Assembly: GCA_963787705.1 (NCBI GenBank) | Contig: CAWBEA010000002.1 | Coordinates: 67,661-131,660 of the forward strand | From: Vulcanimicrobiota bacterium | GTDB lineage: Bacteria > Vulcanimicrobiota > Vulcanimicrobiia > Vulcanimicrobiales > Vulcanimicrobiaceae | DNA: 64,000 nt | Reading direction: 5' to 3' | Shown here: one piece after another, positions 25,746-36,270 of the stretch | Layout: the number at the start of each line of letters is the position of its first letter | Position numbering within the stretch: the first letter of the stretch is position 1 | Notes under the pieces: model-generated | Databases searched by the model: none | The model's input: only the letters and a program-made list of their open reading frames with translations | Told to the model about the DNA's origin: nothing | Translations under genes and position numbers: made by a program

Positions 25746-26653
25746 ACCAGCGTGTATTCGTCGAGGCTTTCTAAACGCATCTCGGCGCCGATTTCTGCAG
25801 CCAGCGCCGCAGCCTCATCGCGGCCGACGATCGCTTCGAGGTCTGGGTTGAGCATCGCGTACTCTTCGGCGCTCAAACCCTGCGCGCGGGGCCGCGCGGC
25901 GACACGCCCCTCTGCCTGAAGCGCCAAGAGATGGGCGAGGATCTGGCGCGCCATCGCCGCCCAAAGCGCGTGCGGCTGCGACGAATAAATCGTGCGCACG
26001 AGGTCCGGGATCGTCCGGGCTCCGTTGCGCAATGCGGTAACGACCTGCTCTTCGCGCATGGCGCGATGGGCGATGTAATCGGCAATCTTGGTTTGCGGGT
26101 CGTCGACCGCCGGGCCATGTCCGCCGTAGATCGTTCGCGCATCGGCAAACTCGTTGGCGAGCCGCCGCAACGTTTGCTGATACGGGCGCATCGCGCCGCC
26201 CGGCGGGGCGATCACCGTCGTCCCTTCGCCCAGAATGGTGTCGCCGGTAAAGAGCGCGCGTTCGGGCGGCAGGTAGAAGATCACGTGGTCGAAGGTGTGG
26301 CCCGGCGCGTCGATGACGCGCAACCCAGGCAGTCCGGCGGCAAACTCGGCTTCCAGCGGAAGATCCGCGTCGCGAGCGACTTTGCTACGAGGGTGCGCGT
26401 AGATGGCCGCGCCGGTCGCGGCCGCAAGCAGCGGCGCGGCCAATGCATGATCGGGATGGCCGTGCGTTAACGCGATGCGGACGATCTTAAGCTGTTGCGC
26501 TGCTGCGGTCTCGATCAACGCGCGAACGTGTCGCTCGATTGCCGGACCGGGATCGATCACGAGCGCCGTTCCGTCGCCGCAGTCGAGCACATACGAGTTG
26601 GTGCCCGTCAGCGTCATCGGCGAGGGATTGGGGGCGCGGACGAGCGTTACCAT
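25739..26653 (-). CDS. MBL-fold metallo-hydrolase
   Basis: ATG 26653 gives MVTLVRAPNPSPMTLTGTNSYVL. Metal motif LTHGHPDHA. Overlaps the NUDIX stop (ATGGTAA). Confidence 0.8.
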   Translation of the reverse strand: MVTLVRAPNPSPMTLTGTNSYVLDCGDGTALVIDPGPAIERHVRALIETAAAQQLKIVRIALTHGHPDHALAAPLLAAATGAAIYAHPRSKVARDADLPLEAEFAAGLPGLRVIDAPGHTFDHVIFYLPPERALFTGDTILGEGTTVIAPPGGAMRPYQQTLRRLANEFADARTIYGGHGPAVDDPQTKIADYIAHRAMREEQVVTALRNGARTIPDLVRTIYSSQPHALWAAMARQILAHLLALQAEGRVAARPRAQGLSAEEYAMLNPDLEAIVGRDEAAALAAEIGAEMRLESLDEYTLVC

Positions 26654-27486
26654 GCGTTTTCGAGCGCGGCCGGAATTGCGAAGTCGCCGGCACCGGCCGA
26701 CGGCATGATCGTCAGAACGGATTTCGTGCGAGCGTAGCGGAGCGCGTCGTCGACCGAAGCGAAAGAAGCGAGCCGTTCGAGATGTTTGATCGTCGGGTAG
26801 ACGAGATGCAACGCTCCTTCCCGGTACAGTTCGAGGGCCTGGGACGGAGCGATCCATATCCCATCGTGTGTCTCGTGTGCGTCGGCACGGGCCGATTGAT
26901 TTGGTGGAGCGGCGGCGAAGAAGAAGTGCGTGTTATAGCGGCGCGGCTCGCTGGGCGGCGTAATCCAATGCGAAAAGAGCGTCAACGCGCGCGCGTCGGC
27001 GTACCAATCGTGACCGGTCAAAAAGTCCGCGAACGTCAGCTCGCCTTTGCGTACGGCGACGCGTTCCGCCGCCAACTGCTCGCAATCTGCGGCTATCGGC
27101 CGATGCGATCGGTCGCACGCGAGCAGGACGCCGGCCTCCTCGAAGAGTTCGCGAAGCGCCGCCAGCAACAGCTTGCGCCCAGCGTCTTGCCCGACGGCCG
27201 GCTCGCTGCTGGCCAAAGCGGGTGAGATCGATGCCCGAAACTCTTTCGCGAGCCGGTCGGGCTCGAGGCCGATCGTTCGCGCCTGCGATTCCGGCGTGGC
27301 ATCTTGCGCCTCGACGGTCCCGCCCGGAAAGACAAAGGCATCGGGCGCGAAGGCGCTCCGGGCGCTGCGGCGCGTCAGATAGACCTCCAGCGGCGAACGA
27401 GCCAGAATGACCGTCGCTGCCAACCGCACATCGCTCACGAGGCAGTAGCGTCCTGTCACGCCGTGGCGAAAACCTCCCCGATGCAA
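26647..27486 (-). CDS. NUDIX hydrolase
   Basis: Nudix box-like FPGGTVE...AALRELFEEAGVLL. Confidence 0.7.
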   Translation of the reverse strand: MHRGGFRHGVTGRYCLVSDVRLAATVILARSPLEVYLTRRSARSAFAPDAFVFPGGTVEAQDATPESQARTIGLEPDRLAKEFRASISPALASSEPAVGQDAGRKLLLAALRELFEEAGVLLACDRSHRPIAADCEQLAAERVAVRKGELTFADFLTGHDWYADARALTLFSHWITPPSEPRRYNTHFFFAAAPPNQSARADAHETHDGIWIAPSQALELYREGALHLVYPTIKHLERLASFASVDDALRYARTKSVLTIMPSAGAGDFAIPAALENAW

Positions 27487-27915
27487 ATAGCGCTAGGCAG
27501 CGATACGGCGGGGGAGTTTCCCGATGCGGTCGACCGGTGGCTGCGGCAGCACGGCCACTCAGTGCGGCGCTTCGGCGCCCTGGCGCCCGACGCGGACGAC
27601 GCATGGCCGTCGGTTGGGCGAAGCGTCGGCGAGGCCGTCGCGCAAGGAAAGGCGGACTTCGGGGTTCTCTGCTGTTGGACGGGTACGGGCGTGAGCATCG
27701 CGGCCAATAAGGTGCCTGGCATCCGCGCGGCCCTCTGCGGCGATGCCGCGACCGCTCGGGGCGCTCGCGAGTGGAACGATGCCAACGTGCTCTGCCTGAG
27801 CATTCGCGCAACCTCGGCGGCCGTGGCAGACGAAATGCTCGAAGCCTGGTTCACCGCCACGATTACGCAAGATCCAACCTATCGCGCAATGATCTCCGAG
27901 GTTAGCAAGCTCTAA
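27481..27915 (+). CDS. rpiB: RpiB/LacA/LacB family sugar-phosphate isomerase
   Basis: ATG 27481 gives MQIALGSDTAG...GVLCCWTGTGVSIAANKVPGIRAA...AREWNDANVLCL. Confidence 0.8.
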   Translation: MQIALGSDTAGEFPDAVDRWLRQHGHSVRRFGALAPDADDAWPSVGRSVGEAVAQGKADFGVLCCWTGTGVSIAANKVPGIRAALCGDAATARGAREWNDANVLCLSIRATSAAVADEMLEAWFTATITQDPTYRAMISEVSKL

Positions 27916-27927
27916 CGGCAAAGCAGA

Positions 27928-27951
27928 GGGGTTGCGCACTCGCGCAACCCC
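27928..27951. terminator. perfect 10-bp GC-rich hairpin between convergent genes
   Basis: GGGGTTGCGC-ACTC-GCGCAACCCC. No T-run follows, so it is either a factor-independent terminator variant or just a stable hairpin. Confidence 0.4.
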
Positions 27952-28065
27952 CATAGACTGCCGTTCGCCGGGGCACAGAACTGAAGCTGCGCAACCGGTA
28001 CTCGCTCTCGGGCGGTTTCGGCGACAGTTCACGCCGTCCTGACCAGAGAGGCCGATTCTATCAAA

Positions 28066-28470
28066 TCAAATGCCGCGACTCAATATGTCGGGCACGAATA
28101 ACTCGCAACAAAGGAGCAGGAGCGCCCAGTTCACCGCGTGCGAGGTCCAACAATACGTGCATGCCAGCCGTGTAACGAAAAGCAACGAGTAGGCCAGCAC
28201 GACCGAGGTGGCCGCAGCAAAAAAGACTGCGACGAGCAGGACGGCCACTGCGAGCGGCGAGTGAACGAGCCAGACGGAAAGCGCCACGGCGGGGTAGTAA
28301 AGCAAGCCAAGTAAGGAGTTAGGCACGCCGAAGAGCTGCGCCCGGGGTGATTTAACGACGCTGGGCCCCGGAATCTCTCCTTGTGCCGCGCGGATGCTCT
28401 TGCGAAGCATGAAAAGCGAGGCGTAGAGCCCAACTCCGCATAGCACCGTGATCACCGTGCGTACGACCAT
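28066..28470 (-). CDS. vitamin K epoxide reductase (VKOR) family membrane protein
   Basis: 4 TM segments with a CTYC (CxxC) motif in the last helix. AAGGAGG lies 11 nt upstream of the ATG. Confidence 0.7.
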   Translation of the reverse strand: MVVRTVITVLCGVGLYASLFMLRKSIRAAQGEIPGPSVVKSPRAQLFGVPNSLLGLLYYPAVALSVWLVHSPLAVAVLLVAVFFAAATSVVLAYSLLFVTRLACTYCWTSHAVNWALLLLCCELFVPDILSRGI

Positions 28471-28473
28471 CGC

Positions 28474-29130
28474 TTGAATCGCCTCCTTCGGCGAGCTGCG
28501 GCTCTTGCTTTACTGGCCGGTTCCTTTGTGCTGGCGTTCTTGGTCATTCGTCATCAGCCGCGCGTCGAGCACGAGATCCGGATCATCGGCCCGCTGGCCT
28601 ATCCGCTGGCAGTCGCAATCTTCGCGGTCGTCGCATCGGCACCGTTTTCCGTGACCGACGCGCTGGCAATCATGAACGGGGCCATCTTCGGACCGATCGT
28701 AGGTACGATCGTCGATACGGTGGGATTGGTCCTGGCCGCGCTGCTGGGTTATTGGATCAACCTCCACGCGTCGAAGCTCTTCAACCTGCAGGAATCGCTG
28801 CACCGCCTTCCAGCATGGGTGAAGCGCTTCCCCGTGGGCTCGCCGGCCTTCTTGCTGGCCGTCCGCGTCATTCCGGGCTTCGGCGGAACGGTTGCGACCG
28901 CGACCGCCGCCACCTTTCGCGTACCGATTTGGGTACACGTTTGGACGATGTGCGCGATCGCCGTTCCGATTTGCGCGCTGCTGACGGTCTTTGGGGATCG
29001 GGTTACCGTTGCCGTGCACGGATATGAGTGGCGGGCTCGGCGCTACGCACATCACTATTGCTTGACCCACCGCTGTCCGCACTTTCACTTCCGTCAGCGA
29101 GCTGCGGCCTCGCCGTTGCCATCGCCGTGA
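28474..29130 (+). CDS. TVP38/TMEM64 (DedA-related, VTT domain) membrane protein
   Basis: APFSVTDALAIMNGAIFGP..G...D..G...AA..GYW. TTG 28474 lies 3 nt from the divergent VKOR start. GTG 28528 is an alternative start. Confidence 0.65.
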   Translation: MNRLLRRAAALALLAGSFVLAFLVIRHQPRVEHEIRIIGPLAYPLAVAIFAVVASAPFSVTDALAIMNGAIFGPIVGTIVDTVGLVLAALLGYWINLHASKLFNLQESLHRLPAWVKRFPVGSPAFLLAVRVIPGFGGTVATATAATFRVPIWVHVWTMCAIAVPICALLTVFGDRVTVAVHGYEWRARRYAHHYCLTHRCPHFHFRQRAAASPLPSP

Positions 29131-30314
29131 TACCGTCAATCGTTGCCGATCGAGCCGGTCTCGACGAGCTCTGCGCTCGAGTTCGCGATGCCGGCCGCGT
29201 CGCGCTGGACACCGAGTTTCACGCCGAGCGCACCTACTCGGCGAGGCTGATGGTCGTGCAACTTGCCTTCGACGACGGTGCCGTCATCGTCGACGCGCTC
29301 GCGCTCACCGACTTGCGGCCGCTCGTCTTGGCACTGACCCAAACAACCGTCGTCGGTCACGCGCTCTCGGCTGACTTGAAGATCTTCGCCGATCGTTATT
29401 CCCTGGTGCCGTCGCGCGTTTTCGACACGCAAATCGCGGCGTCGTTCCTCGGCTACGGCATGCAGATCTCGCTAGCCGACCTCGTGCGCAGCGTCTGCGG
29501 CGTGCGCTTGTCCAAATCGCAAACCGTCAGCGATTGGTCGGCTCGCCCATTCTCCGAACGTCAAATCGAATATCTCGTCGACGACGTCGTGCATCTGCTG
29601 CCGGTCTACGACGCGCTGCTTCCACGCCTGGAAAAAAAAGGGCGCTACGAGTGGGTCTTTGAGGAGTGCGCGGAGCTGGGCGACATCGAGCGATATCGCA
29701 TGGACGAGCGCCGCGCCTATTTACGAATCCCGGGTGCGATGCGGATGAGCCGGCGCGAGCTCGCAATTCTCAACGAACTCGTGAAGCTGCGCGATGCGGT
29801 CGCACGCGAGCGCGACCTTCCGGTGCGCTACGTCCTTCCCGACGACGTGGTTGCGGGGCTTGCCGCGACAAAACCGACGAAGGCCGATGATTTTGCCCAG
29901 CTTCGCCGATTTGACGGCGGGATGAAGCGGCAACTCGGGCCTGCGATTCTGGCGGCCGTGGCTCGCGGTCAAGCGCTCCCCGAAGACGAGCTCCCGCAAC
30001 GCCCGGCCCGGCCGGCGGCGCCGGCGCGCGACGCCCTGGTTTCGCTGCTTGGCGCGGCGATCGCGGAGATCGCCCGCGAGGCCGAACTGCCCTCAAGTTT
30101 GCTCGTGCCGCGCGCCGCGCTCGAGCGGTTGGCGCGCGAGATTCCGCCGGATTTCGAGAGTTTCGAACGCGTCTTGGCACTGCAGCCGTGGCGGCTGGGA
30201 CTCATCGCCGAACCGCTCTGGCGAATGCTCCGCGGCGAAGCGGTGCTGAGGATCGAAGGCTACGCCAACGGAGATCCGAAAGTACGATTGCTCGATGAGC
30301 CCACATCCCAATAG
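29127..30314 (+). CDS. rnd: ribonuclease D
   Basis: GTG 29127 overlaps the upstream stop (GTGA). DEDD motifs [20 protein letters not shown]. An HRDC-like C-terminal region is present. Confidence 0.85.
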   Translation: MIPSIVADRAGLDELCARVRDAGRVALDTEFHAERTYSARLMVVQLAFDDGAVIVDALALTDLRPLVLALTQTTVVGHALSADLKIFADRYSLVPSRVFDTQIAASFLGYGMQISLADLVRSVCGVRLSKSQTVSDWSARPFSERQIEYLVDDVVHLLPVYDALLPRLEKKGRYEWVFEECAELGDIERYRMDERRAYLRIPGAMRMSRRELAILNELVKLRDAVARERDLPVRYVLPDDVVAGLAATKPTKADDFAQLRRFDGGMKRQLGPAILAAVARGQALPEDELPQRPARPAAPARDALVSLLGAAIAEIAREAELPSSLLVPRAALERLAREIPPDFESFERVLALQPWRLGLIAEPLWRMLRGEAVLRIEGYANGDPKVRLLDEPTSQ

Positions 30315-33051
30315 CTTTAGCGCGCTCGATTCGCTGCGTGCGGGCAATCGTTCGTACGCCTATTTCCGCCTCGACGCGCTGGAGCGCGCCGGCATAGGGA
30401 AACTTTCGCGGCTTCCCTTTTCGCTCAAGATCTTGCTCGAGAACTTGCTGCGCTGCGAGGACGGGCGCGCCGTCAGGCGCGCGGATATCGAGGCGCTCGC
30501 GCGTTACGACGGCCATCGCGGTCAGGAGCGTGAGATCGCCTTTACTCCAGCTCGCGTCTTGCTTCAGGATTTCACCGGCGTTCCGTGCGTCGTCGATCTG
30601 GCGGCGATGCGCGACGCAATGGCCGAGATGGGCGGCGACGCCGGCGTCATCAATCCGCTGCAGCCGGTCGAACTGGTGATCGATCATTCGGTGCAAGTCG
30701 ACTATTTTGCCAACGCCGGCGCGCTGGCGAAGAACACCGCGCTGGAGTTCGAGCGCAATCGCGAGCGATACGCATTTTTGAAATGGGGCCAGTCCGCGTT
30801 GCAAGATTTTCGCGTCGTTCCGCCGGGAACGGGGATCGTTCATCAAGTCAACATCGAGTATCTCGCGCGCGTGGTCTTCGGCGCGGCCGGCGCTTCGGAG
30901 GAAGGCGTGCTGGCCTATCCCGACACCGCCGTCGGCACCGACTCGCACACGACGATGGTCAACGGTTTGGGCGTGCTCGCGTGGGGCGTCGGCGGCATCG
31001 AAGCCGAAGCGGCGATGCTCGGCCAGCCGGTGACGATGTTGATTCCCGAGGTGATCGGTTTCCGGTTGGACGGCGCGTTGCGCGAAGGCGTCACCGCGAC
31101 CGATTTGGTGCTCACCGTCGCGGAGATGCTGCGCCGCAAAGGCGTCGTCGGGAAGTTCGTCGAGTTTTACGGCAAGGGACTCTCCGCGTTGCCGGTCGTC
31201 GATCGGACGACGATCAGCAACATGTCGCCCGAGTTCGGGTCGACGGTCGCGATCTTCCCGATCGACGACCGCACGCTCGACTATCTTCGTCTCACCGGCC
31301 GCCCGCAAGAGCAGATCGCTTTGGTCGAAGCCTACGCCAAAGCCCAAGGGCTCTTTCGCACCGATGCATCGCCCGATCCGGAGTTTGCCGACACACTCGC
31401 GCTCGATCTCGCCAGCGTGGAGCCCAGCCTTGCAGGCCCGAGCCGCCCGCAAGACCGCGTCGCGTTGCACGACGTCAAGCGTTCGTTTCAACATGCGATG
31501 GAGGGATGGACGACTGCGCGCGACCGTGCGAACGGTGCGGTGGCGCGCTTCGAGGACGAGGGCGGCGGCGGAACGGCGACGATCGCGCAGACCGCTGAGG
31601 CGGATCTGTACGACGGCGCCGTCGTCATCGCTGCGATCACCAGCTGCACGAATACCTCGAATCCGTCGGTGCTGGTCGGCGCGGGGCTGCTCGCGCGTAA
31701 TGCCGTCGAGCGCGGTCTTCGCACGCAGCCGTGGGTCAAGACCTCGCTCGCGCCCGGCTCCAAGGTCGTCACCGATTATTTGAACAAGGCCGGGCTGCGT
31801 GAATATCTGGACCAGCTCGGCTTCAATCTGGTGGGCTATGGGTGCACGACCTGCATCGGCAACTCGGGTCCGCTCTCGCCGGAGGTCGCCGAAGCGGTGG
31901 CCGACCGCGACCTGATCGTTGCGGCCGTACTCTCGGGAAACCGAAACTTCGAGGGACGCATCCACGCGCAAGTGCGCGCGAACTATTTGGCCTCGCCGCC
32001 GCTGGTCGTTGCGTATGCGTTGACGGGGCGGATGGACGTCGACTTAACCAGCGAGCCGTTGGGAGTTGGCAGCGACGGCCGGCCGGTCTACTTGTCGGAG
32101 ATTTGGCCGAGCAACGACGAAATCGCGGCCACGATGGCCACCTGCATCGGCGAGGAGATGTTCGAGCGCGAGTATGCGCACGTCTTCGACGGCGACGAGA
32201 ACTGGCGCAACCTCGGCGTTGCCACCAGCGAACGGTACGCCTGGGATCCGAAATCGGAGTACGTCAAAAAGCCGCCGTATTTCGATCGCATGCCGGAGCG
32301 CCCGGCGCCGGTGCAAGACGTGCATGGAGCCCGCGCGATCGCCGTGCTCGGCGACTCGGTGACCACCGACCATATCTCGCCGGCGGGCAGCATCTCGAAG
32401 ATCAGCCCGGCGGCGAAGTATCTGATGGAGCGCGGAATCGAGCCCGGTGATTTCAACTCCTACGGCGCGCGGCGCGGCAATCACGAAGTGATGATACGTG
32501 GTACCTTCGCGAACATTCGCCTGCGCAATGCGTTGGCCCCGGGAACCGAGGGCGGCGTTACGCGCTACCTGCCGACCGGCGAAACGATGTCGATCTTCGA
32601 CGCGGCGATGAAATACAAGGACGACGCGACGCCGCTGATCGTGCTCGCCGGCAAAGAGTACGGCTCGGGATCGTCGCGCGACTGGGCGGCAAAGGGGCCG
32701 CATCTGCTCGGGATAAAGGCCGTGATCGCCGAGTCGTTCGAACGCATTCATCGCAGCAACCTGATCGGGATGGGCGTGCTGCCCCTCGAGTATGTCGATG
32801 GCGCCGATCACTCCACCTACGGTTTAACCGGGGAAGAACTCTTCGACATTACCGGCGTCGCAGCCAGTTTGGAGCCGCGGATGCGCGCGCGCGTCAAGGC
32901 CACCGACGCAAAGAGCGGCCGATCGATCGAGTTTAACGTGCGAGTTCGCATCGACACGCCCAACGAAGCCGAGTACTATCGCAATGGCGGGATTCTGCAG
33001 TACGTCTTGCGCCAGCTGCGATCGGGTTCCCGAAAGGTCGATTCGGCCTAA
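30295..33051 (+). CDS. acnA: aconitate hydratase A
   Basis: 918 aa. [62 protein letters not shown]. Confidence 0.92.
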   Translation: MSPHPNSFSALDSLRAGNRSYAYFRLDALERAGIGKLSRLPFSLKILLENLLRCEDGRAVRRADIEALARYDGHRGQEREIAFTPARVLLQDFTGVPCVVDLAAMRDAMAEMGGDAGVINPLQPVELVIDHSVQVDYFANAGALAKNTALEFERNRERYAFLKWGQSALQDFRVVPPGTGIVHQVNIEYLARVVFGAAGASEEGVLAYPDTAVGTDSHTTMVNGLGVLAWGVGGIEAEAAMLGQPVTMLIPEVIGFRLDGALREGVTATDLVLTVAEMLRRKGVVGKFVEFYGKGLSALPVVDRTTISNMSPEFGSTVAIFPIDDRTLDYLRLTGRPQEQIALVEAYAKAQGLFRTDASPDPEFADTLALDLASVEPSLAGPSRPQDRVALHDVKRSFQHAMEGWTTARDRANGAVARFEDEGGGGTATIAQTAEADLYDGAVVIAAITSCTNTSNPSVLVGAGLLARNAVERGLRTQPWVKTSLAPGSKVVTDYLNKAGLREYLDQLGFNLVGYGCTTCIGNSGPLSPEVAEAVADRDLIVAAVLSGNRNFEGRIHAQVRANYLASPPLVVAYALTGRMDVDLTSEPLGVGSDGRPVYLSEIWPSNDEIAATMATCIGEEMFEREYAHVFDGDENWRNLGVATSERYAWDPKSEYVKKPPYFDRMPERPAPVQDVHGARAIAVLGDSVTTDHISPAGSISKISPAAKYLMERGIEPGDFNSYGARRGNHEVMIRGTFANIRLRNALAPGTEGGVTRYLPTGETMSIFDAAMKYKDDATPLIVLAGKEYGSGSSRDWAAKGPHLLGIKAVIAESFERIHRSNLIGMGVLPLEYVDGADHSTYGLTGEELFDITGVAASLEPRMRARVKATDAKSGRSIEFNVRVRIDTPNEAEYYRNGGILQYVLRQLRSGSRKVDSA

Positions 33052-33070
33052 CCTTTCGCGGAGGCGGCGC

Positions 33071-33640
33071 TTATTGCGCCGGCAGGCTCACGGTGACGGC
33101 GATGGGTTCGAGCGCGGCGAACAGCGTCTTCGACGGCTTGCCGCCTTTGGGATACGGATAGACGCTAACGCCCGAGGAGCTGTTCGTCCAGAACGGCGTG
33201 TACAGGCTCCGAACGCCGCCGACGGTTTGAATCCAAAAACCGCCGGGGTAGCTTCCCTCGTCCAGTTTTACCGAACCGACCTTCGTTGCTTTGCCGCCGC
33301 TGACAATAAACCGATAGATAAGGCCGGAATCTTGGCTTCCAACGGCGAGGTATTTCCCGTCCCAGAAGAGCCCCGAGATATTCTGACCGCCCAAGCTCTG
33401 ACGCAGCGCGACGTCGGCAAATTTATGCGCTCCATTCGGCAGTTCCGCAACCTGGGGCTCGTAGGTCGTCCCGTTGATGCCGTCGACAAATAGGTCGCCG
33501 TCGTAGGTGCAGAACCCTAACTGATGGATGTTGGTAACGGCGTACTGTTTCGGCGTACCTTTGGCGTGCTTAATGAGGGCGTAGTTAATGCGAGATTACC
33601 GCTGCCCAAGCGAGTCCGGCCAGCCCCACAACAAAAATCC
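33071..33640 (-). pseudogene. 5'-truncated, frameshifted remnant of the 13-18.6 kb lipoprotein family (copy F)
   Basis: The ORF 33071..33394 ends WDGKYLAV...YPYPKGGKPSKT...IAVTVSLPAQ. My translation upstream continues in frame as INYALIKHAKGTPKQYAVTNIHQLGFCTYDGDLFVDGINGTTYEPQVAELPNGAHKF. It is blocked by TAA at 33596-33598. SGNLA lies in another frame. There is no signal peptide. Confidence 0.55.
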
Positions 33641-33658
33641 ATCTCGTATGATTCATTG

Positions 33659-34753
33659 CTAGAGTTTTATGCGGCCGAGTTGGTCGGCGTTGGATTCGAC
33701 AAACCACATGTTGCCGTCGGGCGCGGCGGTGATGGCGGTTGGCTGCGAGCCGGGCCTCAAGCCCCGCGAGTATTCGGTGATCTTGCCGCTGGTCGTGATC
33801 CGGCCAACCTTCGAGTCGCGTATCCCGGACGTCTTATAGGTTTCGTATTCGGTGAACCAGAGCGCGCCGTCGGGACCGGCTGCGATGCCGGCCGGCTGTT
33901 CGGCCGGCTTGATCCCACGCGAATACTCCGTTACCATGCCCGCTAAAGTAATTCGGCCGATGCGACCGCCGGCCATCTCCGTGAACCAGAGCGCGCCGTC
34001 TGGTCCGCTCGAAATCGAATTCGGCTGCGATCCCGACGATATCCCTTTCGAATACTCGGTGACCTTGCCGCCCATCGTTATGCGCCCGACGCGATCGAGG
34101 TTTGGCTCGGTGAACCAAAGCGCCCCGTCGGGTCCTACGGTAATGCCGTTGACGGCGGCATTCTGTGAGAGGCCCTTCGTGTAGAGCGTGAGGTGCCCGC
34201 TCGTCGTCATCCGCCCGATAGCCGTCAGCTCAAAGCCGTTTTCGGTAAACCAGAGCGCGCGGTCGGGGCCGGCGACGATTTCCTGAGGCTCGGCGCCATC
34301 GAGAGTAAACGTGCTAAACGATCCTTGTGTGGTCACCCGCACGATCTGCGCATCGCCCCAATCCGTCAGCCAGAGCGCGCCGTCCGAGCCTGCGGCGATG
34401 CCTTTGAACGCCGGGCTCGCGGAATTGTGGTAGTAATAGGTGTTCGTGCGTTTTCCGGCGGTGGTGACGCGCGCTATCGCGCTGGCGCCGAGATCCTGAT
34501 CTATGTCGTCGGCAATCCAGAGCGCTTTGTCCGGCCCAACCGTAAGAGCGGCTGGAAAGTAGCCACCGTCGTATTGGGGCAGATCGGCGAACTCCTTGAT
34601 CTTGATGCCCTTGACGGCTGGACGGACCGAAGGCGCAGAATCTCCCCTTGCGATAAGGGCGCCGGGAAGTGGCCCGGCTGACGTTGAGCAGGCGGCCGTC
34701 CCCGCAGCAAGAGCTGCGAGTACGAGGTTGCTGACGGGGCGGGTGGCTTTCAT
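33659..34753 (-). CDS. virginiamycin B lyase-like (COG4257-type) 7-bladed beta-propeller lipoprotein
   Basis: Lipobox GTAACS. Seven repeats of the GPDGALWFTE / ITEYS pattern. Confidence 0.7.
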   Translation of the reverse strand: MKATRPVSNLVLAALAAGTAACSTSAGPLPGALIARGDSAPSVRPAVKGIKIKEFADLPQYDGGYFPAALTVGPDKALWIADDIDQDLGASAIARVTTAGKRTNTYYYHNSASPAFKGIAAGSDGALWLTDWGDAQIVRVTTQGSFSTFTLDGAEPQEIVAGPDRALWFTENGFELTAIGRMTTSGHLTLYTKGLSQNAAVNGITVGPDGALWFTEPNLDRVGRITMGGKVTEYSKGISSGSQPNSISSGPDGALWFTEMAGGRIGRITLAGMVTEYSRGIKPAEQPAGIAAGPDGALWFTEYETYKTSGIRDSKVGRITTSGKITEYSRGLRPGSQPTAITAAPDGNMWFVESNADQLGRIKL

Positions 34754-34865
34754 CTCTCGGTTCCTTCCAAGGATGCGACCCTGGTCAACTTATTGTGCCA
34801 CAGAAATCTAAAAAAAGTATCACGGTCAACAATTTTTTAAGATTCAAGGTCAGGTGGACTTATAG

Positions 34866-34895
34866 TTGACACAATCTGTCATATTGGCGTAGTTT
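34866..34895 (+). promoter_or_regulatory. sigma-70-like promoter of the WYL regulator with overlapping palindrome
   Basis: TTGACA at 34866-34871, an 18-nt spacer, then TAGTTT at 34890-34895. GTG 34905 lies only 9 nt downstream. The palindrome TGACA-N5-TGTCA at 34867-34881 overlaps the -35. Confidence 0.4.
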
Positions 34896-34904
34896 GATTG
34901 AACC

Positions 34905-35855
34905 GTGAAGGCCGACCGGCTTGTGGCGCTCCTGTTGCTGCTTCAATCGCGGCGCCAGTGCAGCGCGCGCGTGCTGGCCGAGCACCTCGAGGTCTCCGAG
35001 CGCACGATCTACCGCGACGTCGATGCGCTGAGTGCCGCCGGCGTACCGGTCTACGCGGAGCGCGGCGCGACCGGCGGGATCGCGCTTTCCGACGGCTACC
35101 GGCGCGCCCTGACGTTCTTCAGCGAAGACGAGGTCCGCGCGCTTTTCGCCTCCGGCGCGAGCCCGCTCGCGGATCTCGGGCTCGAGCGCGGCCTGACGCG
35201 AGCGCTCGAGAAGCTTCGCGGAGGCCTCGCCGACGTGCATCAACGCGCCGCCGATAAGTCGCGTTCGCGTATTCATCTGGATCAGCGGCGATGGAATCAA
35301 CCCGAACCGCCGCTAGACTTGCTCACGACGCTGCGCCGGGCCGTCTGGGACGATCGTTGCCTTCGCATCAGGTACGAAGATCGAAACCGTAAGTCGTCGA
35401 TGCGAAGTGTAGAGCCTTTGGGTTTGGTTTGTAAGGCGGGCGTTTGGTATCTCATCGCTCGCTCGGACAGTGAGTTGCGCAGCTTCCGCGTGGATCGGGT
35501 GCGCAGCGCCCAAGAAGTCGCCGAACATTTCGAGCGACCCGAGGATTTCGATCTGGAGCGTTATTGGGCCGAGTCGTCGGCGCGATTTGCCGACGCGTCG
35601 CGCACCGCCGATTGCATCGTGACGTTTTGCATGCCGAACGATGCACTCGAACGCGTCACGTACTATTGGCCTTCCGAGATGCTCTCACAAGACGCAAGCG
35701 AGACACGCGTCCGCGTGACGTTTCCAGGCCGCGAGGTCGCGCTCTTCCAAGCGCTTGCGTGGTCTGACGTGGCGACGCTCGTGGAACCCACCGCGCTGCG
35801 CGACGAGATCGTCGCGCGAGCGCGGCACGCGTTGACGCGCTACGCCTTGCGCTGA
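34905..35855 (+). CDS. YafY-family transcriptional regulator (HTH + WYL domain)
   Basis: MKADRLVALLLLLQSRRQCSARVLAEHLEVSERTIYRDVDALSAAGVPVYAERGATGGI. A WYL-like core VWYLIARS is present. Confidence 0.8.
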   Translation: MKADRLVALLLLLQSRRQCSARVLAEHLEVSERTIYRDVDALSAAGVPVYAERGATGGIALSDGYRRALTFFSEDEVRALFASGASPLADLGLERGLTRALEKLRGGLADVHQRAADKSRSRIHLDQRRWNQPEPPLDLLTTLRRAVWDDRCLRIRYEDRNRKSSMRSVEPLGLVCKAGVWYLIARSDSELRSFRVDRVRSAQEVAEHFERPEDFDLERYWAESSARFADASRTADCIVTFCMPNDALERVTYYWPSEMLSQDASETRVRVTFPGREVALFQALAWSDVATLVEPTALRDEIVARARHALTRYALR

Positions 35856-36184
35856 TGGATGATGAGGCCGTTCCCTTCGGGATCCGCCCCGAACGACATA
35901 AAGCAGACCGGCGACTCGATCACGTCAGACAGCTTGAGCCCGCGCGCGCGATAGTGTTCGACCGCTGCCTTCGCGTCGTCGACCGCGAACATGATTGCGC
36001 CGCCGGTCTCGCCGCCCTCGGGTTTCCAGACGCCGAACGTCGAGCCGTCGGCCAGCGTGAACTCGGCACCGCGCCCTTGATCGTCGGTTTCGGTTGGTTT
36101 CATACCGAGCACGTCGCGATAGAAGGCGATCTGCGCCTGCGGATCGCGCACCAGGTAGGCCGCGATGTCGATTCCCTTGATCAT
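35840..36184 (-). CDS. VOC / glyoxalase-family protein
   Basis: 114 aa. MIKGIDIAAYLVRDPQAQIAFYRDVLGM... Preceded by AAAGGAG. Confidence 0.75.
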   Translation of the reverse strand: MIKGIDIAAYLVRDPQAQIAFYRDVLGMKPTETDDQGRGAEFTLADGSTFGVWKPEGGETGGAIMFAVDDAKAAVEHYRARGLKLSDVIESPVCFMSFGADPEGNGLIIHQRKA

Positions 36185-36270
36185 TCTGGTCGTCTCCTTT
36201 GGTTTTGTCTAAGCGTTTCCACGAGCATACCAGTTATACCTGACACTTACTGTCCACATTCGATTCGAGT

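Noticed and set aside
34905-35855. WYL regulator as an indicator of a CRISPR, BREX or CBASS-type defence locus
   Set aside because: The neighbours are a VOC enzyme, a Vgb-like lipoprotein and the PDH genes. No defence genes lie within several kb.
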